NCBI GenBank assembly: GCA_947628825.1
Contig: CANRBH010000002.1
Coordinates: forward strand, 8,626 to 72,625
DNA from: an uncultured Clostridia bacterium
GTDB lineage: Bacteria; Bacillota; Clostridia; TANB77; CAG-508
DNA length: 64,000 bases
Reading direction: 5' to 3'
Under the pieces are notes generated by a model that did no database searches, had not been told where the DNA came from, and worked only from the letters and a program-made list of their open reading frames with translations. The position numbers and the translations under genes are program-made. Shown here piece after piece: positions 31,165 to 38,952 of the stretch (positions are counted from its first letter, which is position 1; each line of letters opens with the position of its first letter).

Positions 31165-32670
31165 ATGAATTTTATGGAAAAAATGAAAGAAACTTTAAAT
31201 GAGGATTTTAATGAAAGTGTAACTGAAAATGGAGCTTTAGGCTACCGTACAACAGGGAAAGCAATACTTGATTTTAATTATAAGGTAGCAAGTTATAGAA
31301 GTAAATCAGAAGATGAAATAATAAGAGATTTTGAAAAAGTATGGTTAGATAATAAAATATTAGCGATGCAATTTCTATTCTTTATTAGAGATAGAGAAGA
31401 GGGATTAGGAGAAAGAAGATTATTCAGAGTAATAATTAAACATCTTGCTAATACAGAGCCAGAAATGGTGAAGAAAGTTATTCCAGTAATTGCTGAATAT
31501 GGAAGATTTGATGATTTATTAGAACTTTTTGAAACACCATTAGAAGAAGATGTATTGAAACTAATTAAAAATCAATTATTTGTAGATGATTTAGATTCAG
31601 ATAGTAATAAGCCTATTTCATTGTTAGCAAAATGGTTGCCTTCAATAAATGCTTCAAACAAAACTCAGATTGATAGGGCAAAGAAAATAATAAAATCATT
31701 GAATACAACAGAAAAAATGTACAGAAAATTGCTTTCAAAATTAAGAAAGTATATAGATATAACAGAAAAGAAGATGTGTGCTAATGAGTGGAAAGAAATA
31801 AAATATGAAAATGTACCTTCAAGAGCTAACTTAAATTACAACGATGCTTTCCTAAGACATGATGAAGAAAGAAGAAGAGAGTTTTTAAGTAAAGTAGAAA
31901 AGGGAGAAAAAAAGATACATGCAGGAAAGTTATATCCGCACGATATAGTACATAAATATAATGTAAGTAGATATGGAAGTAAATCAGTAGACACTACATT
32001 AGAAGAATTATGGAAAGCACTTCCACAAAAAGAAATAGCAAATACATTAGTTGTAGCTGATGGCTCTGGTTCTATGACATCAAAAATAGGTAATACAAAT
32101 ATATATGCTTTAGATGTTGCTAATGCTTTAGCAATATATTTTGCAGAGCACAATAAAGGACAATTTAAAGATAAATATATTACATTTAGCGAAGACCCAC
32201 AATATGTTGATTTTAGCGGTTGTAATTCATTATGCGATAAAATAAGAAAAGCATTATCTTATGATGAAGTTGCTAATACAAATATAGAAGCGGTATTTGA
32301 TTTAATTTTAGAAACAGCTAAAAAATATACTTTATCACAAGAAGAAATGCCAGCAAATATTCTTATCATATCTGATATGGAATTTGATTATGCTGTTGAT
32401 GGAGATGTAAATAAAAAATTGTTTCAAAATATCTCAGAAAGATATATAAATGCTGGATACAAAATACCAAGATTAGTATTTTGGAATATAAATAGTAGAA
32501 CAGGTACAATACCAATAAAAGAGAATAAATTAGGTGTAGCATTAGTATCAGGATTTAGTACAAACATAGCTGAAATGGTAATGTCAACTGAATTAGATCC
32601 ATTAAGAATATTGCTTGAAAAATTAGGAACGGAACGTTATAAAAAAATAGCAGATATTTTAGCAGAGTAG
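31165..32670 (+). CDS. Ro60-like architecture: helical N-terminal region + vWA domain with MIDAS (DUF2828-like)
   Basis: 501 aa. N-terminal ~270 aa are helical repeat-like (..FLFFIRDREEGLGERRLF..AEYGRFDDLLEL..LAKWLPS). VVADGSGSMTS is a DxSxS MIDAS motif, followed by ILIISDMEFD. Confidence 0.6.
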   Translation: MNFMEKMKETLNEDFNESVTENGALGYRTTGKAILDFNYKVASYRSKSEDEIIRDFEKVWLDNKILAMQFLFFIRDREEGLGERRLFRVIIKHLANTEPEMVKKVIPVIAEYGRFDDLLELFETPLEEDVLKLIKNQLFVDDLDSDSNKPISLLAKWLPSINASNKTQIDRAKKIIKSLNTTEKMYRKLLSKLRKYIDITEKKMCANEWKEIKYENVPSRANLNYNDAFLRHDEERRREFLSKVEKGEKKIHAGKLYPHDIVHKYNVSRYGSKSVDTTLEELWKALPQKEIANTLVVADGSGSMTSKIGNTNIYALDVANALAIYFAEHNKGQFKDKYITFSEDPQYVDFSGCNSLCDKIRKALSYDEVANTNIEAVFDLILETAKKYTLSQEEMPANILIISDMEFDYAVDGDVNKKLFQNISERYINAGYKIPRLVFWNINSRTGTIPIKENKLGVALVSGFSTNIAEMVMSTELDPLRILLEKLGTERYKKIADILAE

Positions 32671-32671
32671 C

Positions 32672-32700
32672 TTGACAAGTGCTAATGTTTATGATAGTAT
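32672..32700 (+). promoter_or_regulatory. Sigma-A promoter driving the Y-like RNA cluster
   Basis: TTGACA (32672-32677), 17 nt, TAGTAT overlapping TATAAT (32698-32703). Lies immediately after the vWA gene stop. Confidence 0.65.
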
Positions 32701-32709
32701 AATAGGCGA

Positions 32710-32841
32710 AAGATACTTACAGCAACTTAAAAAAAATACAATTATTGGGAGGCTTTTTGTCATTGGTTCAAGTCCAATATTCTTTCCGAATGGTTAGAAT
32801 TAGCTCAGTTGGGAGAGCAGAAGCATATTATATAGTATCTT
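32710..32841 (+). ncRNA. Y-RNA-like unit 1 with circularly permuted tRNA-like domain (YrlA-like)
   Basis: Closing stem AAGATACT/AGTATCTT, with TACAGCAA after the 5' strand. Inside, in order: GCTTT, TTGTC, T-arm ATTGG-TTCAAGT-CCAAT, capped acceptor-like hairpin ATTCT-TT-CC-GAAT-GG-TT-AGAAT, TA, D-arm GCTC-AGTTGGGA-GAGC, A, then GAAGC (pairs with GCTTT). Confidence 0.65.
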
Positions 32842-32855
32842 GTAAAACGCGTATA

Positions 32856-32944
32856 AAAGTTCTTACAGCAATATTCAAATGGTTAAAAATTATTGTTTGA
32901 TAGACAAAATTGAGTTGGTTCGATTCCGACACTTTTAGAACTTT
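32856..32944 (+). ncRNA. Y-RNA-like unit 2 (closing stem + T-arm)
   Basis: AAAGTTCT/AGAACTTT closing stem, TACAGCAA box, and internal T-arm GTTGG-TTCGATT-CCGAC. Confidence 0.5.
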
Positions 32945-32960
32945 GTTAAAATGAAATTGA

Positions 32961-33020
32961 AAAGTACATACAGCAATATAATAAGAAACAAACTTTGAAT
33001 TTGTCAATCTTCCGTACTTT
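32961..33020 (+). ncRNA. Y-RNA-like unit 3 (short)
   Basis: AAAGTAC/GTACTTT closing stem, TACAGCAA box, and the same CTTTGTAA 3' flank as units 1-2. Confidence 0.4.
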
Positions 33021-33063
33021 GTAATAATATATAAGCATGTTATAGAACTTGCTTTTTATTTTT

Positions 33064-33115
33064 GGAACGGAAATTTAGAACGGAAAAATTTGAAACGGAA
33101 TTTTGGAACGGAAGA
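33064..33115. repeat. Four direct iterons with core AACGGAA (plus one inverted TTCCGT at 33010-33015)
   Basis: GGAACGGAAATTT AGAACGGAAAAATTT GAAACGGAATTTT GGAACGGAAGAATTT. Cores at 33066, 33079, 33094 and 33107 (13/15/13-bp spacing). Confidence 0.8.
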
Positions 33116-33372
33116 ATTTGTGTGAAAATTTGTCACCAGAAGAAAATGCCTTGATAAATTGTTATAAATTGGTAAAAACATGTAAAAATAAAAAATAACA
33201 AAAAATATTGATAAATAAACAAAAAATGACCGCTGAAAATGGCTTTATAGACAGTTTGAAAAGCAAGACAACATCTTATATTATATCAATATAAAATGGC
33301 TTAAAATTGATTTTAGAGAGAATTAGAAGAAGCGGGGAAAATAAGCCAAACAAACAGAATAAAAACATAAAA

Positions 33373-33398
33373 AAGAAGCCTTTAAAGCTTCTTTTTTT
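33373..33398. terminator. Bidirectional terminator at the 3' end of the FtsK-like gene
   Basis: AAGAAGC CTTTAAA GCTTCTT, flanked by an A-run and a T-run. Confidence 0.7.
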
Positions 33399-34722
33399 AG
33401 TAGTGTTTAGATAAATCATTTAAAAATTTGAATATTAAGTATATGCCACCGAAGAATATTAAAAATGTCCATTTGAAAATCCAACAAATAATATTAAAAA
33501 TAAAATGAATAATATTTGATTTTTTTTGCTTTTTTTGTTGCTCTATTCTTTGTTGTTGTTTTTCTTCTTGTATTTGTTTTTCTTTTAATGCAATGACAAG
33601 TTTTTCTGCTTGTTGTCTTTTTATTTCTTCAAGGTTTGTGTTCTCATCAACTGCTTTGTCTATTTCTTCATCTGATACGTAAGCACCTTGTAACCTGTGA
33701 ATTTTTTCATCTCCTACCATTTTAAGAAGCATGTCGCCTTTTCCTGTTAGCTTTTCAGCTCCTTTTTCATCTAATATAACGCGACTATCTACTTTGGTTG
33801 ATACAGAGAAGGCAACACGTGAGGGAATATTCGCCTTTATTAGTCCTGTAATAATATCGCTTGAAGGTCTTTGAGTTGCTACGATTAAATGTACACCGCA
33901 AGCCCTCCCAATTTGTGCAATTCTACATAGTAAAGCTTCAAGGCTTTGTTCTTGTAGTGGATTTTTTCTGTTTGCTGTTTCTTCTTGTCTATCTTGTAGA
34001 ATAATGTCCGCCAATTCATCAATTATTATAACTTTATAGGCAAATTTTGCATTTATTACCTTTTTGTTATAGCTTTCAATATTTCTACAATTATAGGTTT
34101 CAAGTTGTCTATATCTGTAGTCAATTTCAAGTAGAGTATTTTTCAATATTTGCTTTGTTTCTATCAAATTATTTGCAATTTCTTTGACTTGTTCGCAATT
34201 TTTATAAATGCTCAATTCAACTTTTTTTGGGTCTATCAATGACATTTCTAAATAATCTTTTTTGTAGTTATTTAATAGGTTAATAATCATTGAATTAATA
34301 AAAATACTTTTACCGCTTCCAGTTGTTCCAGCGATTAGAAGGTGGGGAGTGTCGCATAAATTTACAACATAGTTTTTATTATTCAAGTCTTTACCTAAAC
34401 ATACTTTTAAGCCTTTTTTTTCTTTGTCTATGTATTCAATATCCTTTAAATATAATGTTTTTCTATTTTTTTTTGGTATTTCAAATACTATTCCGCTAGT
34501 TTCAAAGTCTGTTGTAAATTTTATGTTTTTAATTCCTAGTTCTGCGGATAAGTCTTCAATTAATTTCTCTATATTTGCAATTCTTGTTTTATTACTTCTA
34601 TCAATTTTTATAAAATATCGGTCTACTTGGTAGGCTTCAACAACTTTTTCTATTGAAATATTAATATTATAATTTTTATAAAAATCAATTATATTTTGCT
34701 TTATATCTTCCATTTTTACCAC
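33397..34722 (-). CDS. FtsK/SpoIIIE-family DNA translocase motor with C-terminal coiled coil and TM anchor
   Basis: Walker A GTTGSGKS, Walker B IIIDELAD, ATQRPSSDIITG.IKANIPSRVAFSV, GKGDML. No N-terminal TM and no gamma domain. The C-terminus is EEKQQQRIEQQKKQKK followed by a hydrophobic IIHFIFNIICWIFKWTFLIFFGGIYLIF. Confidence 0.85.
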   Translation of the reverse strand: MVKMEDIKQNIIDFYKNYNINISIEKVVEAYQVDRYFIKIDRSNKTRIANIEKLIEDLSAELGIKNIKFTTDFETSGIVFEIPKKNRKTLYLKDIEYIDKEKKGLKVCLGKDLNNKNYVVNLCDTPHLLIAGTTGSGKSIFINSMIINLLNNYKKDYLEMSLIDPKKVELSIYKNCEQVKEIANNLIETKQILKNTLLEIDYRYRQLETYNCRNIESYNKKVINAKFAYKVIIIDELADIILQDRQEETANRKNPLQEQSLEALLCRIAQIGRACGVHLIVATQRPSSDIITGLIKANIPSRVAFSVSTKVDSRVILDEKGAEKLTGKGDMLLKMVGDEKIHRLQGAYVSDEEIDKAVDENTNLEEIKRQQAEKLVIALKEKQIQEEKQQQRIEQQKKQKKSNIIHFIFNIICWIFKWTFLIFFGGIYLIFKFLNDLSKHY

Positions 34723-34725
34723 CTT

Positions 34726-34953
34726 TTAACTAAATTTCAATTTTAGTTTCATTCCTTCAAATTCTTGTATCTCTGGAATATTATTTTTTCTTAAATGATA
34801 ATGTCTATATTTTCCACTTTTAAAAGTTTCATGAAACCATCTGTCATATTGTGCTTCGTTTTTAAAACAATCAGGTATAAAAATTCCTTTCCTAACTTCT
34901 TTTTTATTTCTTTTATATTCTTTTCCATTTACTTCAATAATTGTTACAAACAT
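34726..34953 (-). CDS. Hypothetical basic protein
   Basis: 75 aa; 3-nt gap to the FtsK-like gene; GGAGGG SD. Confidence 0.5.
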   Translation of the reverse strand: MFVTIIEVNGKEYKRNKKEVRKGIFIPDCFKNEAQYDRWFHETFKSGKYRHYHLRKNNIPEIQEFEGMKLKLKFS

Positions 34954-34977
34954 TCTAAATCCCTCCTTTATAAATTT

Positions 34978-35151
34978 TCATATATTTGCTATGTATTCGT
35001 TCAATTCCTTTTGTTTTTGTTCTTCCTTCGTTAGTTCTTCGTTTGATGTCAATAATTCTTGCAATTCGTCTTGATGTCTCCAGTAATATTCAATGTCTAT
35101 CCAATTAAATCCCATTCTAAACATATATTTTATAAATTCATTATATCCCAT
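34978..35151 (-). CDS. Small hypothetical protein (below track cutoff)
   Basis: MGYNEFIKYMFRMGFNWIDIEYYWRHQDEL...; 57 aa; GGAGGT SD 7 nt upstream. Confidence 0.45.
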   Translation of the reverse strand: MGYNEFIKYMFRMGFNWIDIEYYWRHQDELQELLTSNEELTKEEQKQKELNEYIANI

Positions 35152-35209
35152 TTTTATACCTCCATTTTATAATATTTTTGTTATAATTACAAGTTTTGAA
35201 TCTTTCCGT

Positions 35210-35752
35210 TTATCTATTTACCCAGTAACCTAAGCAATTAATATTTTTATTGTATCTTTTATAATATCTTTTAAGCCTTTCTATGTATTCGTCAATTAAA
35301 ATGTCAATTATTGATTTTATAAATATTTTTTCATCTGCTGTTAAATCTCTTATATATGTTAAATTGCTTATCTTGTCGGATTTATAACTACAAGCTACAG
35401 TTACTAAATTATCATTTGCTCCATTATATGGATTGTATAAGTACGCGTTTTCTATGTCTTCGTTGTATCTTGTATATTTTGAACCGTTCAATTTCATATT
35501 TTCTTGTATAAATAATTCCTCGGTTTTTTCTGGTATAGGTTGCTCATCATCGAACCATAAAGTTTTTTCAATTCCTGGTTTACTAATATTTAATATTATG
35601 TATAAATTGTCGTTTGTTTTGAATATAATGTAATCGTTTATAAGCTCCTGAAAATGCTTATTGTCCTTTTGTTCAAGTTTTAATAAATAATCGTTATAAT
35701 ATGTTTTATTCAATATATATTTTTTTTCTTCTAAATTTTCAATTTTTTTCAT
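35210..35752 (-). CDS. Hypothetical protein
   Basis: ATG at 35752 lies 6 nt after AAGGTG; 180 aa; no motif recognised. Confidence 0.55.
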   Translation of the reverse strand: MKKIENLEEKKYILNKTYYNDYLLKLEQKDNKHFQELINDYIIFKTNDNLYIILNISKPGIEKTLWFDDEQPIPEKTEELFIQENMKLNGSKYTRYNEDIENAYLYNPYNGANDNLVTVACSYKSDKISNLTYIRDLTADEKIFIKSIIDILIDEYIERLKRYYKRYNKNINCLGYWVNR

Positions 35753-35779
35753 TTTTAACACCTTTTAACCTTTCTATTT

Positions 35780-35923
35780 TTAATATATTTCTTTTATGAA
35801 ATAACCAAGTTCGCTTTCCACTGTTTCTTTAAATTTTGAGCCATCCTTTATTAGTTCTATAATGTCTTTGTCTGTGTAGTCGATTTCCTTTAATTCTTTT
35901 ACTATTTTTTCTAATATTAACAT
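35780..35923 (-). CDS. Small hypothetical protein (below track cutoff)
   Basis: MLILEKIVKELKEIDYTDKDIIELIKDG...; 47 aa; AAAGGAA SD. Confidence 0.35.
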   Translation of the reverse strand: MLILEKIVKELKEIDYTDKDIIELIKDGSKFKETVESELGYFIKEIY

Positions 35924-35977
35924 TTTATTGATTCCTTTCTTTTTTATATTTGGGAGGGAAGAAACCCTCCCTTTGAC

Positions 35978-36124
35978 TTATGATAGCTTGTTTAATTGTT
36001 TATAGATCCAATCTGCTAAATCAACTTTAAATAACTTACAACTTATGAATTGTATTAAATTTACTATTATTGTTGGGATTATAAAGAATAAGCTGTAAAT
36101 TATAACAATTATTAAATTTGTCAT
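35978..36124 (-). CDS. Small hydrophobic membrane peptide (below track cutoff)
   Basis: MTNLIIVIIYSLFFIIPTIIVNLIQFISCK...; 48 aa. Followed by the GC-rich hairpin GGGAGGG-N6-CCCTCCC (35952-35971). Confidence 0.35.
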   Translation of the reverse strand: MTNLIIVIIYSLFFIIPTIIVNLIQFISCKLFKVDLADWIYKQLNKLS

Positions 36125-36354
36125 TTGTAAAAATCTCCTTTCTGAGTTTTACAGATACTTGACAATATTTATTTTTTTGTGTTAATATATAAAAAGAGTG
36201 TATAAATAAATATCGTGGGGATATTTGAAAAACTCTATTTGATGGTTAAGTGTTCCAGCACTTGCCATCTTTTTTAATAAAAAATAGTTATTTCTTATTA
36301 TGCTTATATTATAACATAGTTATAACTATATGTCAATACTTTTTTATAACTTTT

Positions 36355-36561
36355 TTAATTTTTTTTATGATTTATGATGTATCTTTCAATAGCTTTTTTG
36401 GCTACATTTGAGAACTTGTCCCCGTTTTCTTCTAATAGCTTGTCGAATATTTCGGCGTCATGTTTTGGCACTTTTACAGTATATCTTTTGAATCTTTCAT
36501 CTTGTATTTTATTATTTTTTATGAAATATTCAAGCTGTTTTTTCTTTTCTTCTTCGGTCAT
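36355..36561 (-). CDS. Ribbon-helix-helix (CopG-like) DNA-binding protein
   Basis: ATG at 36561 lies 7 nt after AAGGAGGTG. RYTVKVPKHDAEIFDKLLEENG..FSNVAKKAIERYI is an RHH pattern. Confidence 0.55.
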   Translation of the reverse strand: MTEEEKKKQLEYFIKNNKIQDERFKRYTVKVPKHDAEIFDKLLEENGDKFSNVAKKAIERYIINHKKN

Positions 36562-36909
36562 TTCTTTCACCTCCTTAATAATTATATTTATAATAACATA
36601 GTTATAACTAAAAGTCAAGCTTTTTTATAAAATATTTTTACTTTTTTTCTAATACGGACGCCGTAGGGACAAAATCTTTGATTTTGGATATTCGACAGAA
36701 TACTGGCATATAATAGATCATCAAGCAATATTCCATAAATACATATATTACATTATTTGAATATTGCGTACATATGTATTTATATTTGTATGTATAATAA
36801 TATTAAATAGTATTTATTATATATTGTTTTAGTAGTATATGATATGATAACAATTATATATTATATATTTGTTACCATTTTATATTTTTATATATATAAT
36901 AAAAATAAG

Positions 36910-36936
36910 CTATTGCATTATTTATTGCATTACTTT
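36910..36936 (-). repeat. Third copy of the att core, inverted, inside the prophage
   Basis: The reverse complement AAAGTAATGCAATAAATAATGCAATAG differs from the attR copy at one base. It lies in an extremely AT-rich ORF-free kilobase. Confidence 0.8.
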
Positions 36937-37032
36937 TTTATTATAAGCCTTGTAATGCTTGATATGACTACATTGTATCAATTGCAAATATGGCTTAGTT
37001 AGTCATATATGTTTAATTCTTGTGCTTGCGCC

Positions 37033-37070
37033 TGCACCTGCCCCTATATAGTGAAGTTCGCAGGGGTGCA
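37033..37070. other. Isolated GC-rich imperfect hairpin
   Basis: TGCACCTGC ... GCAGGGGTGCA (9 bp with a GG bulge) in otherwise >80% AT DNA; no flanking U-run. Confidence 0.5.
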
Positions 37071-37257
37071 TTGTTACCCACTTAAACAACCATAAAAATC
37101 AAAAAGGCTTTATTATATTTTTTATGCAATATTTCTGCACAAAAAATAAATTTTATTTGATTTTTTATTCAAATTTTATCATTGTCAATTTTGGAAGTAT
37201 TGATATAAGTACATTTGGTCATTTGATGAAAAAAAATAAAAAAATTAGCAGTCTCTA

Positions 37258-37286
37258 TTGACAACTGCTAAAATTTTTGATAATAT
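37258..37286 (+). promoter_or_regulatory. Strong rightward sigma-A promoter (candidate late/cargo promoter)
   Basis: TTGACA (37258-37263), 17 nt, TGATAATAT extended -10. Confidence 0.65.
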
Positions 37287-37319
37287 AATTATAATTTAAT
37301 AAGAGAAGCTTTAGAAATT

Positions 37320-37376
37320 AAGCAATGTAGATAACTGATTTAACAAGTCAGATTTATTTACATTGCTTTTTATTTT
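37320..37376 (+). terminator. Rho-independent terminator ~35 nt downstream of the promoter (short RNA or antitermination target)
   Basis: AAGCAATGTA / TACATTGCTT 10-bp stem enclosing a CTGA/TCAG inner hairpin, followed by TTTATTTTG. Confidence 0.65.
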
Positions 37377-37474
37377 GTTTGTTATTATTTACAATATAAT
37401 AACTTATACCAGAAAAATAGGGTTAAAAAGACAGGCTTTAGTTGGGGTTGTAAGAGTATTTGGATTTAAAAAAG

Positions 37475-37530
37475 TGGAACTTAAAATTCCATTTTTGAAG
37501 AAATATGGAACTTTAAATTCCATTTTGAAG
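37475..37530. promoter_or_regulatory. Two direct ~25-bp repeats, each containing a TGGAA-N7-TTCCA palindrome (operator-like)
   Basis: TGGAACTTAAAATTCCA (37475-37491) and TGGAACTTTAAATTCCA (37506-37522). Each is followed by TTTT(T)GAAG, and the second runs into the SD of the next gene. Confidence 0.6.
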
Positions 37531-37541
37531 GAGGACTAATC

Positions 37542-38084
37542 AGGAGTAATACAAAATCAATAAAAAAAACTGTAACAATAAATAGTGATGGAGAATTTAA
37601 TACAAGGTTTTCAGTTGTAGATAGCTTGTTTTCAAAAAAAGGACTAATATTTGAATACAACAAAGACAAATTATGGTTGCCTTTTGATAGACAGTTGCCA
37701 GAATGCTGTACAATAAATGATTGTGGAAAATTTTATAAGATTTTACACTATGTTATTGGAGATAATCAGCTATTAGGATATAGAAGTAATAAAATAAAGC
37801 CTTTAACAGTAGAAAAAATGTCAGAAATATTTGGTTGTAGTGATAGACAAACTAGAAAATTTGTTAAAAAGATGAAAGATTTAACTGTTTTAAAGGAAGT
37901 AAATATAAATGATACAAAATGGTATGCTGTAAATCCATTGTATGGTTTAAGAACGAAGTATTTATCAACTACAACTTTTATAATATTTCAAGAAGAATTA
38001 CTACCAATATTACCACATTGGGCTATACAGAAGTTTTTTATGGAAGTACCAGAAATAACAGACAAAATAGTAGTAAAGAAATAG
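37542..38084 (+). CDS. RepL-like winged-helix protein; proposed AGG start
   Basis: ..LTVEKMSEIFGCSDRQTRKFVKKMKDLTVLKEVNINDTKWYAVNPLYG resembles the RepL-type wHTH. The frame is open from 37485. AGG at 37542 lies 7 nt after GAAGGAGG. The track start is TTG 37626 with no SD. Confidence 0.55.
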   Translation, partial: RSNTKSIKKTVTINSDGEFNTRFSVVDSLFSKKGLIFEYNKDKLWLPFDRQLPECCTINDCGKFYKILHYVIGDNQLLGYRSNKIKPLTVEKMSEIFGCSDRQTRKFVKKMKDLTVLKEVNINDTKWYAVNPLYGLRTKYLSTTTFIIFQEELLPILPHWAIQKFFMEVPEITDKIVVKK

Positions 38085-38111
38085 AACAGTAGATTTGAAG
38101 GAGCGAATTAG

Positions 38112-38287
38112 ATGTTAGATTTTATATTAGATGTAATATTTTTAATTTTTATATGTTATTGGAATGGATATTTAATTAAAAATGCAATAAAGGCTTTTTA
38201 TTGTAAAACTTATGTTGTATTTGGTGCTTATTGCACATTAGTATTTTACAGTTTTGTTATTCTAATGAAGTATTTTCTTTACCAATA
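38112..38287 (+). CDS. Small membrane protein (below track cutoff)
   Basis: MLDFILDVIFLIFICYWNGYLIKN...; two hydrophobic helices. Confidence 0.35.
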
Positions 38288-38304
38288 GAACAGGAGTGAA
38301 ATAG

Positions 38305-38454
38305 ATGATAGTATTAAGTTTTATATTTATGGTTATATGTAGCCTTGTATCAATGATAATGATGTTTTTATCTGGATATATCTATGCGAATAGAAATAAA
38401 GATGTTATTTATTTAGGAAAGCATATAGTGCTTGAAAAGAAGAAAAAGGAGTAG
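38305..38454 (+). CDS. Small membrane protein (below track cutoff)
   Basis: MIVLSFIFMVICSLVSMIMMFLSGYIYANRNK... Confidence 0.35.
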   Translation: MIVLSFIFMVICSLVSMIMMFLSGYIYANRNKDVIYLGKHIVLEKKKKE

Positions 38455-38456
38455 TT

Positions 38457-38720
38457 ATGAAAGGATATAATCCAAAAGGAGACGAAGAAAGTAAAAATAG
38501 TACTCCACCTAATTGTGGTAGTAGTGTTATGAAGCCTAAACTATTTTGTCCATATTGTCAGAAGAAATACATACAGGCAACAGTAATTACATATAACGAA
38601 GATAATGTAGAAACTGGTCATATAACATCAGAATATTATAAAAATCAAGAGTGCCAGAAAGAAAAATGTGGTGCTTGGCACAGAGGAAGGTGTAGGTATG
38701 GAAAGCAAGTTTTTAAGTAA
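38457..38720 (+). CDS. Cys-rich hypothetical protein
   Basis: CPYCQKK...CQKEKCGAW..GRC; 87 aa. Confidence 0.45.
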   Translation: MKGYNPKGDEESKNSTPPNCGSSVMKPKLFCPYCQKKYIQATVITYNEDNVETGHITSEYYKNQECQKEKCGAWHRGRCRYGKQVFK

Positions 38721-38952
38721 ATATGTTGATAAAGATAACTTAGATGAAGATAAAATGGCAGAAGATCTAATAACATTTATGCTACAAGTAGGATTAAAAG
38801 AAAAAAGAATAAATGCAATGTTAGAAGAATGTGAAAATGAAAAAAGTGTTGATTTGTTTATGGAATATTATCAAAAAAGAAAAGAATTAGCAGAAGAATA
38901 TATAGAAAAGATAAAACAAGCAGAAAAGGAGGAAGATAATGAAAAAGAGTAA
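38698..38952 (+). CDS. Hypothetical protein
   Basis: Start MESKFLSKY after GAAGGTG. Confidence 0.45.
   Translation: MESKFLSKYVDKDNLDEDKMAEDLITFMLQVGLKEKRINAMLEECENEKSVDLFMEYYQKRKELAEEYIEKIKQAEKEEDNEKE

Noticed and set aside
33064-33115. CRISPR array.
   Set aside because: Only four 13-15 bp units with an 8-bp core and no unique spacers; no cas genes. They are iterons or protein-binding repeats. No CRISPR array occurs elsewhere in the window.
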